This document shows positions 14,840-25,471 of a DNA stretch of 64,000 bases, in pieces. A program made the translations under genes and the position numbers. The number at the start of each line of letters is the position of its first letter. The stretch's first letter is position 1. This DNA is from an uncultured Pelagibacteraceae bacterium (GTDB lineage Bacteria; Pseudomonadota; Alphaproteobacteria; Pelagibacterales; Pelagibacteraceae). The stretch covers positions 6,988 through 70,987 of the forward strand of contig CABZDW010000004.1 of the NCBI GenBank assembly GCA_902524545.1. Reading direction: 5' to 3'. The notes beneath the pieces were generated by a model. The model was not told the origin of the DNA, did not search any database, and saw only the letters and a list, made by a program, of their open reading frames with translations.

Positions 14840-15612
14840 TTTTTTAAAAATTCTAAGATCTTTTCTCTCATTTCAAAAGCTTTTTCAATAATAATCATAT
14901 GTCCAGATCCATGAATTATGTGTGTGTTGGAGTCCTTGACTGAGTTTGCAAATTCCTTCGCATCTTCCAAATTAACCATCTTGTCTAACTCACCCAATAT
15001 AAACATAGTTGGGCAATTAATGGTTTTTGCTGCCTCTTTACCATTAGTGTAATTATTACAGGCATTCAAATCAATTGCTAAAATTTCACTGATATCTCTT
15101 GGTGATTGAATTATTTTTTCAATTGGGTTTCCACCAATAAATTTTTTCGAACCTTCATAGCCCCACTTCATCATTAATTTAACCGCATCAGAGTCACCAT
15201 TTTGAGCTAGTTTTATCAAATCAGGATGAACAGGCATTTTGTTTGATCCTCCAACAAAAACTGCTTTTTCTATTTTGTCTTTATATCTGTAAACATATTC
15301 TAATATTTCGAGACATCCTTGTGAGTGACCGACTAAAATTAAATTTTTTAATTTTAAATTATTAAATACACCTTCTAACCAATCTGCAATTTTTTCGATA
15401 CTTTCTAGACAAGGTCCATCTGAGCCTCCGTGTCCAGGTAAATCTATGGAGAGAACATTAAAGTTTTTATTTGAAAAAAATTGCTCAGTAAGAGACCATA
15501 CAATATGGGAAAGACCACTTCCATGAAGAAAAACTATTGTTTCTTTTTGATAATCTATTCCCTGACCTGAGTCAGATGCATGAATTTTCTTGTTATTTAT
15601 GTGGAATATCAA
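14836..15612 (-). CDS. Alpha/beta-fold hydrolase in the dmd cluster
   Basis: FLHGSG, DLPGHG, nucleophile elbow GHSQG, C-terminal GHM. Confidence 0.85.
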   Translation of the reverse strand: MIFHINNKKIHASDSGQGIDYQKETIVFLHGSGLSHIVWSLTEQFFSNKNFNVLSIDLPGHGGSDGPCLESIEKIADWLEGVFNNLKLKNLILVGHSQGCLEILEYVYRYKDKIEKAVFVGGSNKMPVHPDLIKLAQNGDSDAVKLMMKWGYEGSKKFIGGNPIEKIIQSPRDISEILAIDLNACNNYTNGKEAAKTINCPTMFILGELDKMVNLEDAKEFANSVKDSNTHIIHGSGHMIIIEKAFEMREKILEFLKK

Positions 15613-15620
15613 TTATTTAC

Positions 15621-17237
15621 CTAAAATTTTTTTCTTAATTCGAACTTCTGAATTTTTCCTGTTGATGTTTTTGGTAATTCACAAAAAACAACCTGTTTTG
15701 GTACCTTAAATCCAGCAAGAGTCTCTTTACAAAAACTTATCAATTCTTTTTCGGTTGTGGGTTTATCTTTTACCATTTCAATAAATGCACATGGAACTTC
15801 TCCCCATTTTTCATCTGGTTTTGCAACTACAGCAGCAATTGATACAGATGGGTGTTTTGCTAAAGTGTTCTCTATTTCAATAGAGGATATATTCTCACCA
15901 CCAGAAATTATTATATCTTTCGATCTATCCTGAATTTTAACGTACCCATCGGGGTGCATCACTGCTAAATCACCAGAATGAAACCAGCCACCATGCATAG
16001 CTTTTTTAGTTGCGTCTTTATCTTTAAAATAGCCTTTCATAACTATATTTCCTTTGATCATAATTTCTCCAATTGACCTTCCATCTTTAGGAACTTCTTT
16101 CATCGTTTCAGGATTCATGACAGTTATTCCCTCAGTATTTGGATACCTAACTCCTTGTCTGGCCTTAATTTCGTTTTGTTTTTCTTCATCAAATTTATTC
16201 CAAGCATCATTCCATGCACATTGAGTTACATGCCCATAGGTTTCTGTTAAACCATATACATGCATAACTTCGAATCCAAGCTCATTCATTTTTTTAAAAA
16301 TTATACTTGGTGGTGGTGCTCCTGCTGTAAGTACATAAACCTTATGTTTTAACTTTTTTTTATTAGACTCCGGTGCACCTGTGATCATGTTCAAAACTAT
16401 CGGTGCTCCACCGAAATGAGTTATGTTATACTTGTCTATCAAATCAAAAATTTTCTTTACATCAATATTTCTTAAACAAATAGTTCTCCCATTTAACATT
16501 GGAACAGTCCAAGGGTAACCCCATCCATTACAATGAAACATTGGCACAATAGTTAAAAAATTAAGTCTGTTAGGCATATTCCAAGCTACTGCACTTCCTG
16601 TTGACATTAAATATGAGCCTCTGTGATGGTAGACAACACCTTTTGGATTACCAGTTGTACCTGAGGTATAGCTAAGAGAAATTGCTTGCCATTCATCTTC
16701 TGGCATTTTCCAATCATAATTTTCGTCACCTGTATTTAAAAAACTTTCATATTCCAATTCACCTATTTTCTCACATTTTGTTTGATCTGCATGTTGATCA
16801 ATTATATCAATAATTGTTATTTTTTTTTTTAAAATGCCAAGAGCTTTTTTCACTTCGATATGTAGCTGTCGATCTACTACTAAAACTTTAGCTTCACTAT
16901 GATCTAAAATATAAGCTATTGTTTTAGCATCCAATCTTATATTGATTGTGTTTAGTACTGCGCCTGTCATTGGTACAGAATAATGACCTTCAAAGATTTC
17001 GGGAGTGTTAAATGCTAAAAAAGACACAGTATCTCCTTTTCCGATACCAATCTTGCTTAGGGCACTCGCAAACTTAACTGTTCGTTTATAAACTTCTGAC
17101 CATGAATATTTTCGGTCCTCGTATATTATAGCTTCATAGTCTGGATAAATTTCTTTAGCTCTTTTGATAAAAGTTAGAGGTGTGAGAGGAACATAATTAG
17201 CGGCGTTTTTATCTAAATCAGTATTGTAAGAACTCAT
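15621..17237 (-). CDS. dmdB: Acyl-CoA synthetase, probable 3-methylmercaptopropionyl-CoA ligase
   Basis: YTSGTTGNPKG, YGLTE, WFHSGD, PKTSTGKIQK; dmd cluster context. Confidence 0.82.
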   Translation of the reverse strand: MSSYNTDLDKNAANYVPLTPLTFIKRAKEIYPDYEAIIYEDRKYSWSEVYKRTVKFASALSKIGIGKGDTVSFLAFNTPEIFEGHYSVPMTGAVLNTINIRLDAKTIAYILDHSEAKVLVVDRQLHIEVKKALGILKKKITIIDIIDQHADQTKCEKIGELEYESFLNTGDENYDWKMPEDEWQAISLSYTSGTTGNPKGVVYHHRGSYLMSTGSAVAWNMPNRLNFLTIVPMFHCNGWGYPWTVPMLNGRTICLRNIDVKKIFDLIDKYNITHFGGAPIVLNMITGAPESNKKKLKHKVYVLTAGAPPPSIIFKKMNELGFEVMHVYGLTETYGHVTQCAWNDAWNKFDEEKQNEIKARQGVRYPNTEGITVMNPETMKEVPKDGRSIGEIMIKGNIVMKGYFKDKDATKKAMHGGWFHSGDLAVMHPDGYVKIQDRSKDIIISGGENISSIEIENTLAKHPSVSIAAVVAKPDEKWGEVPCAFIEMVKDKPTTEKELISFCKETLAGFKVPKQVVFCELPKTSTGKIQKFELRKKF

Positions 17238-17238
17238 T

Positions 17239-19005
17239 TTAGTTAAATTTAAAGTTCATGATATTTGAGCTTCCTGAGATAGCAGATTTGTAGTGCTGCT
17301 CAGCTCTAGGTAGAACTTTATCAAAATAAAATTTAGCAGTATTTATTTTGTTGTCATAAAATTTTTTATTTTCATTATAATCTTTAAAACTTATATTAAG
17401 TACTTTAGCCCACGCAAAAGCTAATGATACATAGCCCAGAGTTTTTAAGTAATCATTTGCAGCAGCACTTACGTCATCTTTATTATTTTTAGCTTTCTCA
17501 ATTGTCCATTCACTAAACTTTGAGAGAATGTCTATATAGTAATTAAATTGCTCAACAAACGGCTTCAATTTTTCATTATTTGAATTAGATTCAGATTTAA
17601 TTAGACTTAAAAATTTATTGATTATATTACCATTTTTGTTTGATAATTTTCTAAAAACTAAGTCAGCTGCTTGGACTGAATTTGTTCCCTCGTAAATTGG
17701 TGTAATCCTATTATCTCTATACAATTGTTCGATACCTTGATCTTTTGTATAACCATATCCACCAAATATTTGCATAGCATCACTAGTAATTTCCATTCCT
17801 AAATCTGAAAATAAAGATTTTACGACCGGTGTCATTAATGAAACCATATCAGAAGCATCTTGCCTAATTTTTTGATCTTCATGATTTAGGCTGACTTCAG
17901 TTTGTTGCGACAACCAAAAACATAATGCTCTTTCTCCCTCGATAATTGATTTCATATTCAACAAAGTTTTTCTTATATCTGCATGTTCGATAATTGAATC
18001 AGCACTACCATTTTCTGATTTATTATTATTACTTTTTCCTTGCTTTCTATCTTTCGCATAACTTAAAGAGTTCTGATAAGCAATTTCTGATATTCCCAAA
18101 CCTTGAATTCCAACAACTATTCTCTCTAAATTCATCATTGTAAACATTTGGCTCAATCCCTTGTTTTTTGGACCAATCATAAAACCGGTTGCTTCATCAA
18201 AATTTAAGACACATGTAGCTGAACCTTTAATGCCCATTTTTGTTTCTATTGAACCTGTGGATATTCCATTTCTTGCACCGACTGTTCCATCTTCTTTTAC
18301 AACAAATTTTGGAACTAAAAATAAACTTATTCCTTTTGTTCCCTTAGGTGAATCTGCTGCTCTTGCTATTACTAAATGAATAATATTTTCAGTTAAATCA
18401 TGATCACCCGAAGTAATAAATATTTTTTGACCTGTAATTTTATATGTGCCGTCTGGTTGCTCTAAAGCTTTTGTCTTAAGTAAACCTAGATCTGTTCCAC
18501 AAACTGGTTCGGTTAAACACATGGTACCACTCCATTTTCCCTCAACCATTTTGGGAAGAAATTTATCTTTTATTTCATCGGTTGCATGATGATGAATACA
18601 ATTATAAGCGCCCAGTGTTAATTCACTATAAAGTTTAAATGCTAAACTTGCTGATGATATCATCTCATCAAAAAATGCACTCACTGTCCTAGGCATTCCT
18701 TGTCCACCATATTTTGGATCACAACATAATGAAGTCCACCCATCTTCAATATATTTTTGATAAACTTCTTTGTAACCAGGTGGTGTTCTTACAACTCCAT
18801 TCTCTAATATAGCAGGGGTTTCATCTCCAGCTTTGGCGAGTGGTAAAATTAAATTTTGGTTTATTTTTGCTGCCTCTTCTAAAATATCTTTAACTAGATC
18901 TGGACTGACATCTTTATATTTTTCTAATTCGTTATAATATTTATTGTCTCTTAGTTTCTCAAATAGAAACATCATGTCTTCTACTGGTGCAATATAGCTT
19001 GGCAT
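17239..19005 (-). CDS. dmdC: Acyl-CoA dehydrogenase, probable MMPA-CoA dehydrogenase
   Basis: GTMCLTEP, GQKIFIT, QIFGGYGY, IYEGTN; dmd cluster context. Confidence 0.82.
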   Translation of the reverse strand: MPSYIAPVEDMMFLFEKLRDNKYYNELEKYKDVSPDLVKDILEEAAKINQNLILPLAKAGDETPAILENGVVRTPPGYKEVYQKYIEDGWTSLCCDPKYGGQGMPRTVSAFFDEMISSASLAFKLYSELTLGAYNCIHHHATDEIKDKFLPKMVEGKWSGTMCLTEPVCGTDLGLLKTKALEQPDGTYKITGQKIFITSGDHDLTENIIHLVIARAADSPKGTKGISLFLVPKFVVKEDGTVGARNGISTGSIETKMGIKGSATCVLNFDEATGFMIGPKNKGLSQMFTMMNLERIVVGIQGLGISEIAYQNSLSYAKDRKQGKSNNNKSENGSADSIIEHADIRKTLLNMKSIIEGERALCFWLSQQTEVSLNHEDQKIRQDASDMVSLMTPVVKSLFSDLGMEITSDAMQIFGGYGYTKDQGIEQLYRDNRITPIYEGTNSVQAADLVFRKLSNKNGNIINKFLSLIKSESNSNNEKLKPFVEQFNYYIDILSKFSEWTIEKAKNNKDDVSAAANDYLKTLGYVSLAFAWAKVLNISFKDYNENKKFYDNKINTAKFYFDKVLPRAEQHYKSAISGSSNIMNFKFN

Positions 19006-19031
19006 AATATTACTTTAAGATAATTAATAAA

Positions 19032-20138
19032 TTAATGCAATTTTGAAATTATCGCATCTCCCATTTGAGAAGTTGAAACTTCTTTCATTCCCTCCGAAAG
19101 AATATCTTTAGTCCTTAATCCATCATTTAACACATCTTGAACAGCTTTTTCTAGGACTTCAGCCTCTTTATCCAAATCTAGAGAATACCTCAGAGCCATA
19201 GCAAAGCTCAATACACTTGCAATAGGGTTTGCAATTCCTTTGCCAGCGATATCGGGCGCTGAACCATGTATAGGTTCATACATTGCTCTCATTTCTCCAT
19301 CTTTATTTTTTGCTCCTAGAGATGCTGATGGAAGAAGTCCAAGGGACCCTGTCAACATTGATGCTTCATCCGACAACATATCCCCAAAAAGGTTATCGGT
19401 TAAAATGACATCAAATTGTTTTGGATTTCTAACTAATTGCATCGCACAATTGTCTGCAAGCATATGACTTAAATTCACATCTTTATAATCTTTATCATGG
19501 AGTGCTTGAACTTCTTCCTTCCAGAGTTGTCCAGCTTCCATTACATTTGATTTTTCGCATGATATAACTTTATTAGATCTTTTTCTTGCTAAATCAAAAG
19601 CAACCCTTGCAACTCTAATAATTTCACTACTTGTATAAGTATGTGTATTAACACCTTTTCTTTCTCCATTTTCTATGGGCTTAATTCCTCTTGGCTCACC
19701 AAAATAAACTCCACCGGTTAACTCTCTAACAATCATTATATCTAATCCAGAAATTATTTCTGGTTTTAAAGTCGAAGCATCAACTAATTGTTTAAAACAG
19801 ATTGCTGGCCTCAGGTTAGCAAAGAGTTTTAATTCTTTTCTCAACTTTAACAATGCTCTTTCTGGTTTTTTATCGAATTCTACACTTTCCCACTTTGGCC
19901 CGCCAACAGCACCTAACATTATAACTGCACTTTCTAAAGCTTTATAAAAAACTTCATCAGTAATAGGCGTCCCATGCTTATCATAAGAACAACCTCCAAC
20001 TAATTCTTCATCAGTCTCGAAACCTAAAGATTTTTTATCATTAAACCAATTGATTATTTTTTTTACTTCTTCGGTAACTTCAGGACCAATTCCATCTCCA
20101 GGTAGCAACAAAATTTTTCTTTTTTCTAATTTAATCAT
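19032..20138 (-). CDS. leuB: 3-isopropylmalate dehydrogenase
   Basis: [36 protein letters not shown]. Confidence 0.96.
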   Translation of the reverse strand: MIKLEKRKILLLPGDGIGPEVTEEVKKIINWFNDKKSLGFETDEELVGGCSYDKHGTPITDEVFYKALESAVIMLGAVGGPKWESVEFDKKPERALLKLRKELKLFANLRPAICFKQLVDASTLKPEIISGLDIMIVRELTGGVYFGEPRGIKPIENGERKGVNTHTYTSSEIIRVARVAFDLARKRSNKVISCEKSNVMEAGQLWKEEVQALHDKDYKDVNLSHMLADNCAMQLVRNPKQFDVILTDNLFGDMLSDEASMLTGSLGLLPSASLGAKNKDGEMRAMYEPIHGSAPDIAGKGIANPIASVLSFAMALRYSLDLDKEAEVLEKAVQDVLNDGLRTKDILSEGMKEVSTSQMGDAIISKLH

Positions 20139-20736
20139 TAAATACCCAGGGCTTTTTAATCTTTAAACTTTCTTCAAAATTTTCGATTTTATCTGTTTTT
20201 TTTAGAGACAATGCTATGTCATCTAAACCTTCTAATAGACACTTCTTTTTAAACGAATCTATTTTAAATTTTGTCTCATTATTTCCGAAAATAATTTTCT
20301 CTTCTTTTAAGTCTATAAAAATTTCCTCTTTTCTTTTTGCGTACTCAGATAGCTCTTTAATTTTTTCTTCATTAAGGATTATTGGTAAAATTCCATTTTT
20401 AAAACAGTTATTATAAAAAATATCTGCAAAACTTGAGCTTATCACACTAGTAATACCAAAATCCAGTAACGCCCACGGTGCATGCTCCCTTGACGAGCCA
20501 CATCCAAAATTTTTACCTGCAATTAGAATTTTTGAATTATCATATGGTTTTTGATTTAAGATAAAATCATTAATTTCTTTACCATTATCATCGTATCTCA
20601 TTTCAAAAAATAAATTCTTACCTAATCCAGTCCTTTTAATTGTTTTTAAAAACTGTTTTGGAATAATCATATCTGTATCAATATTAACTATTGGCAGATA
20701 TGCAGGTATACTTTTCAAAGTATTAAATTTTTGCAT
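20131..20736 (-). CDS. leuD: 3-isopropylmalate dehydratase small subunit
   Basis: [27 protein letters not shown]. Confidence 0.96.
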   Translation of the reverse strand: MQKFNTLKSIPAYLPIVNIDTDMIIPKQFLKTIKRTGLGKNLFFEMRYDDNGKEINDFILNQKPYDNSKILIAGKNFGCGSSREHAPWALLDFGITSVISSSFADIFYNNCFKNGILPIILNEEKIKELSEYAKRKEEIFIDLKEEKIIFGNNETKFKIDSFKKKCLLEGLDDIALSLKKTDKIENFEESLKIKKPWVFND

Positions 20737-20737
20737 A

Positions 20738-22141
20738 CTAGTTTTGATATTTCCTTACATCATCAAGATTTCCTGATATTGCGGCAGCAGCGGCCATACC
20801 TGGGCTGACTAAGTGAGTTCTTCCACCTCTTCCTTGTCTACCTTCAAAATTTCTGTTTGATGTTGAGGCACACCTTTCTTCTGGTTTTAATTTGTCTGCA
20901 TTCATTGCTAAACACATAGAGCAGCCCGGTTCTCTCCATTCAAATCCTGAATTTACAAAGATTCTGTCCAATCCCTCCTGCTCTGCCTGCTCTTTCACTA
21001 ATCCAGACCCGGGAACAACCATAGCTTGGACATGGGAAGCTATTTTTTTATCTTTAAGAATTTTTGCGGCCTCTCTTAAATCCTCTATTCTACCATTTGT
21101 ACAACTTCCGATAAAAACTTTATCAATCTTAATATCTTTAGCTGCCATATCTGGTTTCAAACCCATATAATTTAATGATCTTTCTAAAGAATTTTTTCTA
21201 TCCTCGTCTTTCTCATTTTTTGGATTTGGCACTCTTTCATCTATTGTGATAACGTCCTGAGGTGATGTTCCCCAAGTTATCATTGGCGAAATTTCATTAG
21301 CAGTTAGGTTTACTTCTTTATCAAACCTAGCCCCTTCATCAGTATTTAAATTTTTCCAATTTTCTAATGCCTTATGCCAATCATTTCCTTTAGGAGACAT
21401 TGGTCTGCCCTCTAAATATTTAAATATCTTTTCATCAGGAGCAATTAATCCTGCTCTTGCACCTCCTTCAATTGTCATATTGCAAATGGTCATTCTATTC
21501 TCAACACTTAATGATTTAATTAGATCGCCCGCATATTCTATTACACATCCTGTTCCACCCGCAGTGCCAATTTTACCGATTATTTGAAGAATTACGTCTT
21601 TTGATGTAACGCCTAACGGGAGTGTGCCGTTGACATTTATTCTGAAATTTTTTGCTTTTTTTTGAACTAATGTTTGAGTTGCTAAAACATGTTCTACTTC
21701 TGAAGTTCCAATACCAAAAGCTAATGCACCAAATGCTCCGTGTGTTGCTGTATGACTATCGCCACATACAATAACTGTGCCGGGTTGAGTAAAGCCCTGT
21801 TCAGGACCAGTGACATGAACAATTCCTTGTCTCTTATCACTCATTCCAAAAAGTTTAATGCCAAACTCTTTACAATTTGCCTCTAAAGTTTCAACTTGAA
21901 TTTTAGACTCATAGTCTGAAATACCTTTTGATCTATCGGTTGTTGGAACATTGTGATCTGCAACTGCAAGTGTTAATTTTGGGTGTCTTACTTTACGATT
22001 AGAATTCCTTAATCCCTCAAAAGCTTGTGGACTTGTGACTTCATGGACCAAATGTCTATCAACAAACAATAGTGCTGTCCCATCTTCTTGTTGATGAACT
22101 AAGTGTTCGTTCCAAATTTTATCGTAAAGAGTATTGGGCAT
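20738..22141 (-). CDS. leuC: 3-isopropylmalate dehydratase large subunit
   Basis: [39 protein letters not shown]. Confidence 0.97.
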   Translation of the reverse strand: MPNTLYDKIWNEHLVHQQEDGTALLFVDRHLVHEVTSPQAFEGLRNSNRKVRHPKLTLAVADHNVPTTDRSKGISDYESKIQVETLEANCKEFGIKLFGMSDKRQGIVHVTGPEQGFTQPGTVIVCGDSHTATHGAFGALAFGIGTSEVEHVLATQTLVQKKAKNFRINVNGTLPLGVTSKDVILQIIGKIGTAGGTGCVIEYAGDLIKSLSVENRMTICNMTIEGGARAGLIAPDEKIFKYLEGRPMSPKGNDWHKALENWKNLNTDEGARFDKEVNLTANEISPMITWGTSPQDVITIDERVPNPKNEKDEDRKNSLERSLNYMGLKPDMAAKDIKIDKVFIGSCTNGRIEDLREAAKILKDKKIASHVQAMVVPGSGLVKEQAEQEGLDRIFVNSGFEWREPGCSMCLAMNADKLKPEERCASTSNRNFEGRQGRGGRTHLVSPGMAAAAAISGNLDDVRKYQN

Positions 22142-22152
22142 TGAGAAAAAAA

Positions 22153-22725
22153 TTATTTTTTTTCTTGTAAATTTTCAAGTTTTTTTTCAGTTTTAGTTTC
22201 AGCTTTAGGCACATCTTTTTTCATATCTGCTTTTGGGGCTTCCTCTTTTTTAGGCTCAACATTTGGGGTGGCCTCTTTTGCAGGTTCTGGTGCACCTTCC
22301 TTTGTTGGTGCTAGATTTTCCTCGGTAACAGTTTCTGGCTTAACATCAATATCAATACCAATCTTTTTTCTAATTTTTTCAGCAATTCTAGCAGATTTAC
22401 CAGTTCTTTCTCTTAGATAATAAAGTTTTGCTCTTCTTACTTTACCTGAACGAATTACTTTAATCGAGTCGATAACTGTTCCATATAAAGGAAAAGTTCT
22501 TTCAACACCCTCCCCAAAAGATATTTTTCTAACAGTAAAAGATGAATTTATATCTCGACTTTTTTTAGCTATACAAACACCTTCGAAATATTGAATTCTT
22601 TCTTTTTTTCCCTCTGTAATTCTGACACCAACTTTAACAACATCGCCAGGAAAAAAATCAGGAATTTTTTTTCCTGAAAGAATCTTTTTTACATTATTTT
22701 GGTTTATTTCTTCTATTGTTTTCAT
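22153..22725 (-). CDS. rplS: 50S ribosomal protein L19 with long charged C-terminal extension
   Basis: [29 protein letters not shown]. Start taken at ATG 22725 (MKTIEE); E/K/P/A-rich tail. Confidence 0.95.
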   Translation of the reverse strand: MKTIEEINQNNVKKILSGKKIPDFFPGDVVKVGVRITEGKKERIQYFEGVCIAKKSRDINSSFTVRKISFGEGVERTFPLYGTVIDSIKVIRSGKVRRAKLYYLRERTGKSARIAEKIRKKIGIDIDVKPETVTEENLAPTKEGAPEPAKEATPNVEPKKEEAPKADMKKDVPKAETKTEKKLENLQEKK

Positions 22726-22741
22726 TTTGATGTTTAACAAA

Positions 22742-23428
22742 TTAATCTTTTTTATATTTATGCCACAAATCTGGTCTTCGGTCGCGTGTTATAGCCTCTG
22801 ATTGAGATAAACGCCAGTCTTTAATTTTAGCATGATCACCAGATAATAACACCTCTGGGACTGATTTTTCCTCCCAAATCTGGGGTTTGGTATATTGTGG
22901 ATACTCCAAAAGGCCATTTTCAAATGTTTCTTCTGAAGCTGATTTGTCATTCCCTAAAACTCCAGGCAAGAGTCTTAATACACTATCAATCACAACAAGC
23001 GCAGCAGTTTCTCCGCCGGACAATACATAGTCTCCTATGCTTATCTCTTCAATATTTCTTGTAAATAGTACTCTCTCATCAACTCCTTCAAAATGACCAC
23101 AAATTAAAGAAAAAGATTTTTCTAATGATAGATCTTGAGCAAGTTTTTGATTAAATACTTTTCCTTTTGGTGAAAGATACAAGATCCTTTCTCCTTTATT
23201 TACGTTTTGATCAATAGAATTTGCTAAGACGTCTGGTTTTAATAACATGCCTGTTCCACCGCCATAAGGAGTATCATCAACTGTTTTGTGTTTATCTGTT
23301 GCTGCATCTCTTATATTTATCACATTCAAACTCCACAATTTTTTAGACATTGCTTTTCCGTAAAGTCCTTTAGCTAAAGGTCCGGGAAATATATCTGGAT
23401 AAAGTGTAAATACTTGAGCTTGCAACAT
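22742..23428 (-). CDS. trmD: tRNA (guanine-N1)-methyltransferase
   Basis: [38 protein letters not shown]. Confidence 0.96.
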   Translation of the reverse strand: MLQAQVFTLYPDIFPGPLAKGLYGKAMSKKLWSLNVINIRDAATDKHKTVDDTPYGGGTGMLLKPDVLANSIDQNVNKGERILYLSPKGKVFNQKLAQDLSLEKSFSLICGHFEGVDERVLFTRNIEEISIGDYVLSGGETAALVVIDSVLRLLPGVLGNDKSASEETFENGLLEYPQYTKPQIWEEKSVPEVLLSGDHAKIKDWRLSQSEAITRDRRPDLWHKYKKD

Positions 23429-23442
23429 TAATAGCCTTCGGT

Positions 23443-23937
23443 TTATTTCTTTTCCTCTTTTTTAGCCTCTGCTTTTGGAGTTTCCTCTTTTTTAGCCTCT
23501 GCTTTTGGAGCTTCCTCTTTTTTAGCCTCTGCTTTTGGAGTTTCCTCTTTTTTAGCCTCTGCTTTTGGAGCTTCCTCTTTTTTAGCCTCTGCTTTTGGAG
23601 CTTCCTCTTTTTTAGCCTCTTCTGAACCTTCTTTTTTTCTATCTTTTTTTGGAATTGCTTTTTGAGGGTTATTACTATTAGCGGGCATAGGCATCAATTC
23701 ATTCTCACCTAAAATTCTAGCTACTCTTGTGGTAGGTTGTGCACCTTGGCCCAACCAATATTTTATTCTCTCAGCCTCTAATCCAATTCTATCTTTTTTT
23801 TCTTTTGGTAAGAGTGGATTAAAAAAACCTACTTTTTCAATAAATCTGCCATCTCTTGCAAATCGACTGTCAGCTACAACAACTTTATAAACAGGTCTTT
23901 TTTTAGTACCACCCCTAGATAATCTCAGTTTTAACAT
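23443..23937 (-). CDS. rpsP: 30S ribosomal protein S16 with repetitive C-terminal tail
   Basis: [33 protein letters not shown]; SD AAAAGGAGAG upstream. Confidence 0.96.
   Translation of the reverse strand: MLKLRLSRGGTKKRPVYKVVVADSRFARDGRFIEKVGFFNPLLPKEKKDRIGLEAERIKYWLGQGAQPTTRVARILGENELMPMPANSNNPQKAIPKKDRKKEGSEEAKKEEAPKAEAKKEEAPKAEAKKEETPKAEAKKEEAPKAEAKKEETPKAEAKKEEKK
23451..23620. repeat. 30-bp coding tandem repeat, 5 full copies plus a 20-nt partial
   Basis: Unit (t/c)ttcctctttttttagcctctgcttttggag-like, starting at 23451, 23481, 23511, 23541, 23571 and 23601 (partial); only the first base varies. Encodes EAKKEE[A/T]PKA. Confidence 0.97.
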
Positions 23938-23951
23938 TTACTCTCCTTTTT

Positions 23952-25310
23952 TTATTTTAATTGATTAAATAATTCTGGAGGTATTCCTTTGTCAGACATA
24001 CCTTTCAGATTTCCTTTAGACATCTTCTTCATCATTTCAGACATCATTTTAAATTGTTTCAACAATTTATTGATGGTAGCTGGATCAGTTCCTGAACCAT
24101 TAGCAATTCTTTTTTTTCTAGAACCATCTATTATTTTTGGGTTCTCCCTTTCTTTTTTTGTCATTGATAAAATTATAGCTTCATTTTTTGTGATAACACT
24201 CTCATCAATTCCAGCTGCATTCATTTGAGATTTTACTTTTGAAACACCTGGCATGAAAGACATGATGCCCTCAATACCACCCATTTTTTTCATTTGTCTC
24301 AGTTGGGTTAAATAATCTTGCATTGAGAATTGCCCTTTTTTTAAATTTTCCTCGGTTTTTTTAATATTTTCTTCTCCAAGATCTTGGGCTGCTTTTTCAA
24401 CAAGAGAAACAATATCTCCCATCCCAAGAATTCTATTTGCAATTCTGTCTGGATGAAAAACTTCAAGGTTTTCAATCTTTTCACCTATACCTAAAAATTT
24501 TATTGGGACTTGTGAAACAAATTTCATACTTACAGCAGCTCCACCTCTAGCATCACCGTCTGCTCTTGTTAAAATAATTCCTGATAAGTTAACTGTATTA
24601 TTAAACTCTTTTGCTACTGATGCAGCTACTTGCCCAGTAAGTGAGTCTGCAACTAAAAAAGTCTCTGCAGGTTTAATTGTATTTTCGATTTGTTTAATTT
24701 CACTCATCATCTGCAAATCTATTTGTGTTCTACCAGCAGTATCAAATAAGATAATATCAGCACCATTTAAATTTGCTGCACTAATTGCTCTTTGGCAAAT
24801 ATCGCCAGGTTGTTGGCCTTCGATTATTGGTAGAGTTAAAATATTATTTTTTTCACCTAGAGATTTTAATTGCTCTTGAGCAGCTGGTCTATAAATATCT
24901 AAACTGACCATCATTACTTTCTTTTTTTTTGTATTTTCTAAATATCTTGCGAGTTTGGCTGTTGTGGTAGTTTTACCAGATCCTTGCAAGCCAACTAGCA
25001 TCATTGGCACTGGTGGAACGGCATTTAAATTTACATCATTATTTTTTTCCCCTAAAAGATTTACTAATTCATCATAAACAATCTTTACCACCATATCCCC
25101 AGGAGATGTTGACCTGATAATTTCTTGACCTAAGGCTTTTGGTTTAACTTTTTCAATAAAATCTTTAGCAACTTCAAGAGACACATCAGCTTCTAATAAA
25201 GCTTGTCTTATACCTCTTAGCCCTTCATCAACCTGATTTTCATCAAGTGATGGAGCTTTTTTCAAAGAGGAAAAAACTTCCTCGAATTTATTTGTCAAAT
25301 TTTCAAACAT
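23952..25310 (-). CDS. ffh: Signal recognition particle protein
   Basis: GLQGSGKTTT, DTAGR, RILGMGD, Met-rich M domain. Start moved to ATG 25310 (MFENL). Confidence 0.97.
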   Translation of the reverse strand: MFENLTNKFEEVFSSLKKAPSLDENQVDEGLRGIRQALLEADVSLEVAKDFIEKVKPKALGQEIIRSTSPGDMVVKIVYDELVNLLGEKNNDVNLNAVPPVPMMLVGLQGSGKTTTTAKLARYLENTKKKKVMMVSLDIYRPAAQEQLKSLGEKNNILTLPIIEGQQPGDICQRAISAANLNGADIILFDTAGRTQIDLQMMSEIKQIENTIKPAETFLVADSLTGQVAASVAKEFNNTVNLSGIILTRADGDARGGAAVSMKFVSQVPIKFLGIGEKIENLEVFHPDRIANRILGMGDIVSLVEKAAQDLGEENIKKTEENLKKGQFSMQDYLTQLRQMKKMGGIEGIMSFMPGVSKVKSQMNAAGIDESVITKNEAIILSMTKKERENPKIIDGSRKKRIANGSGTDPATINKLLKQFKMMSEMMKKMSKGNLKGMSDKGIPPELFNQLK

Positions 25311-25323
25311 ATTTATTATACAC

Positions 25324-25419
25324 AGCAGTGGTCGCACTAGTGGGCGAACCCTCGCTGACTAGTGTCGATCTCTTTGTTCCCAAAGACACCGCAAATTTAA
25401 TGTTTTTGCGGAAACTGCC
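25324..25419 (-). ncRNA. Structured 5' leader of ffh (ffh RNA motif-like)
   Basis: GC-rich intergenic stretch. Minus strand folds into closing stem GGCAGU/ACUGCU around hairpins CCGCAAA/UUUGCGG, UCUUUG-GGAA-CAAAGA and CACUAGU..GCGA/UCGC..ACUAGUG. An ffh leader motif is known in Pelagibacter/alphaproteobacteria. Confidence 0.8.
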
Positions 25420-25471
25420 ACAAATTATAATAGAGGTTCAAAAAGTCAATAAATAAGTTAAATAACTATAT

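Noticed and set aside
23451-23620. CRISPR-like array
   Set aside because: No spacers and no cas genes; it is an in-frame coding repeat of rpsP.
25324-25419. SRP (4.5S) RNA or tRNA
   Set aside because: Lacks the SRP CAGG/AGCA internal loop and tRNA T-loop/CCA; position fits a cis leader.
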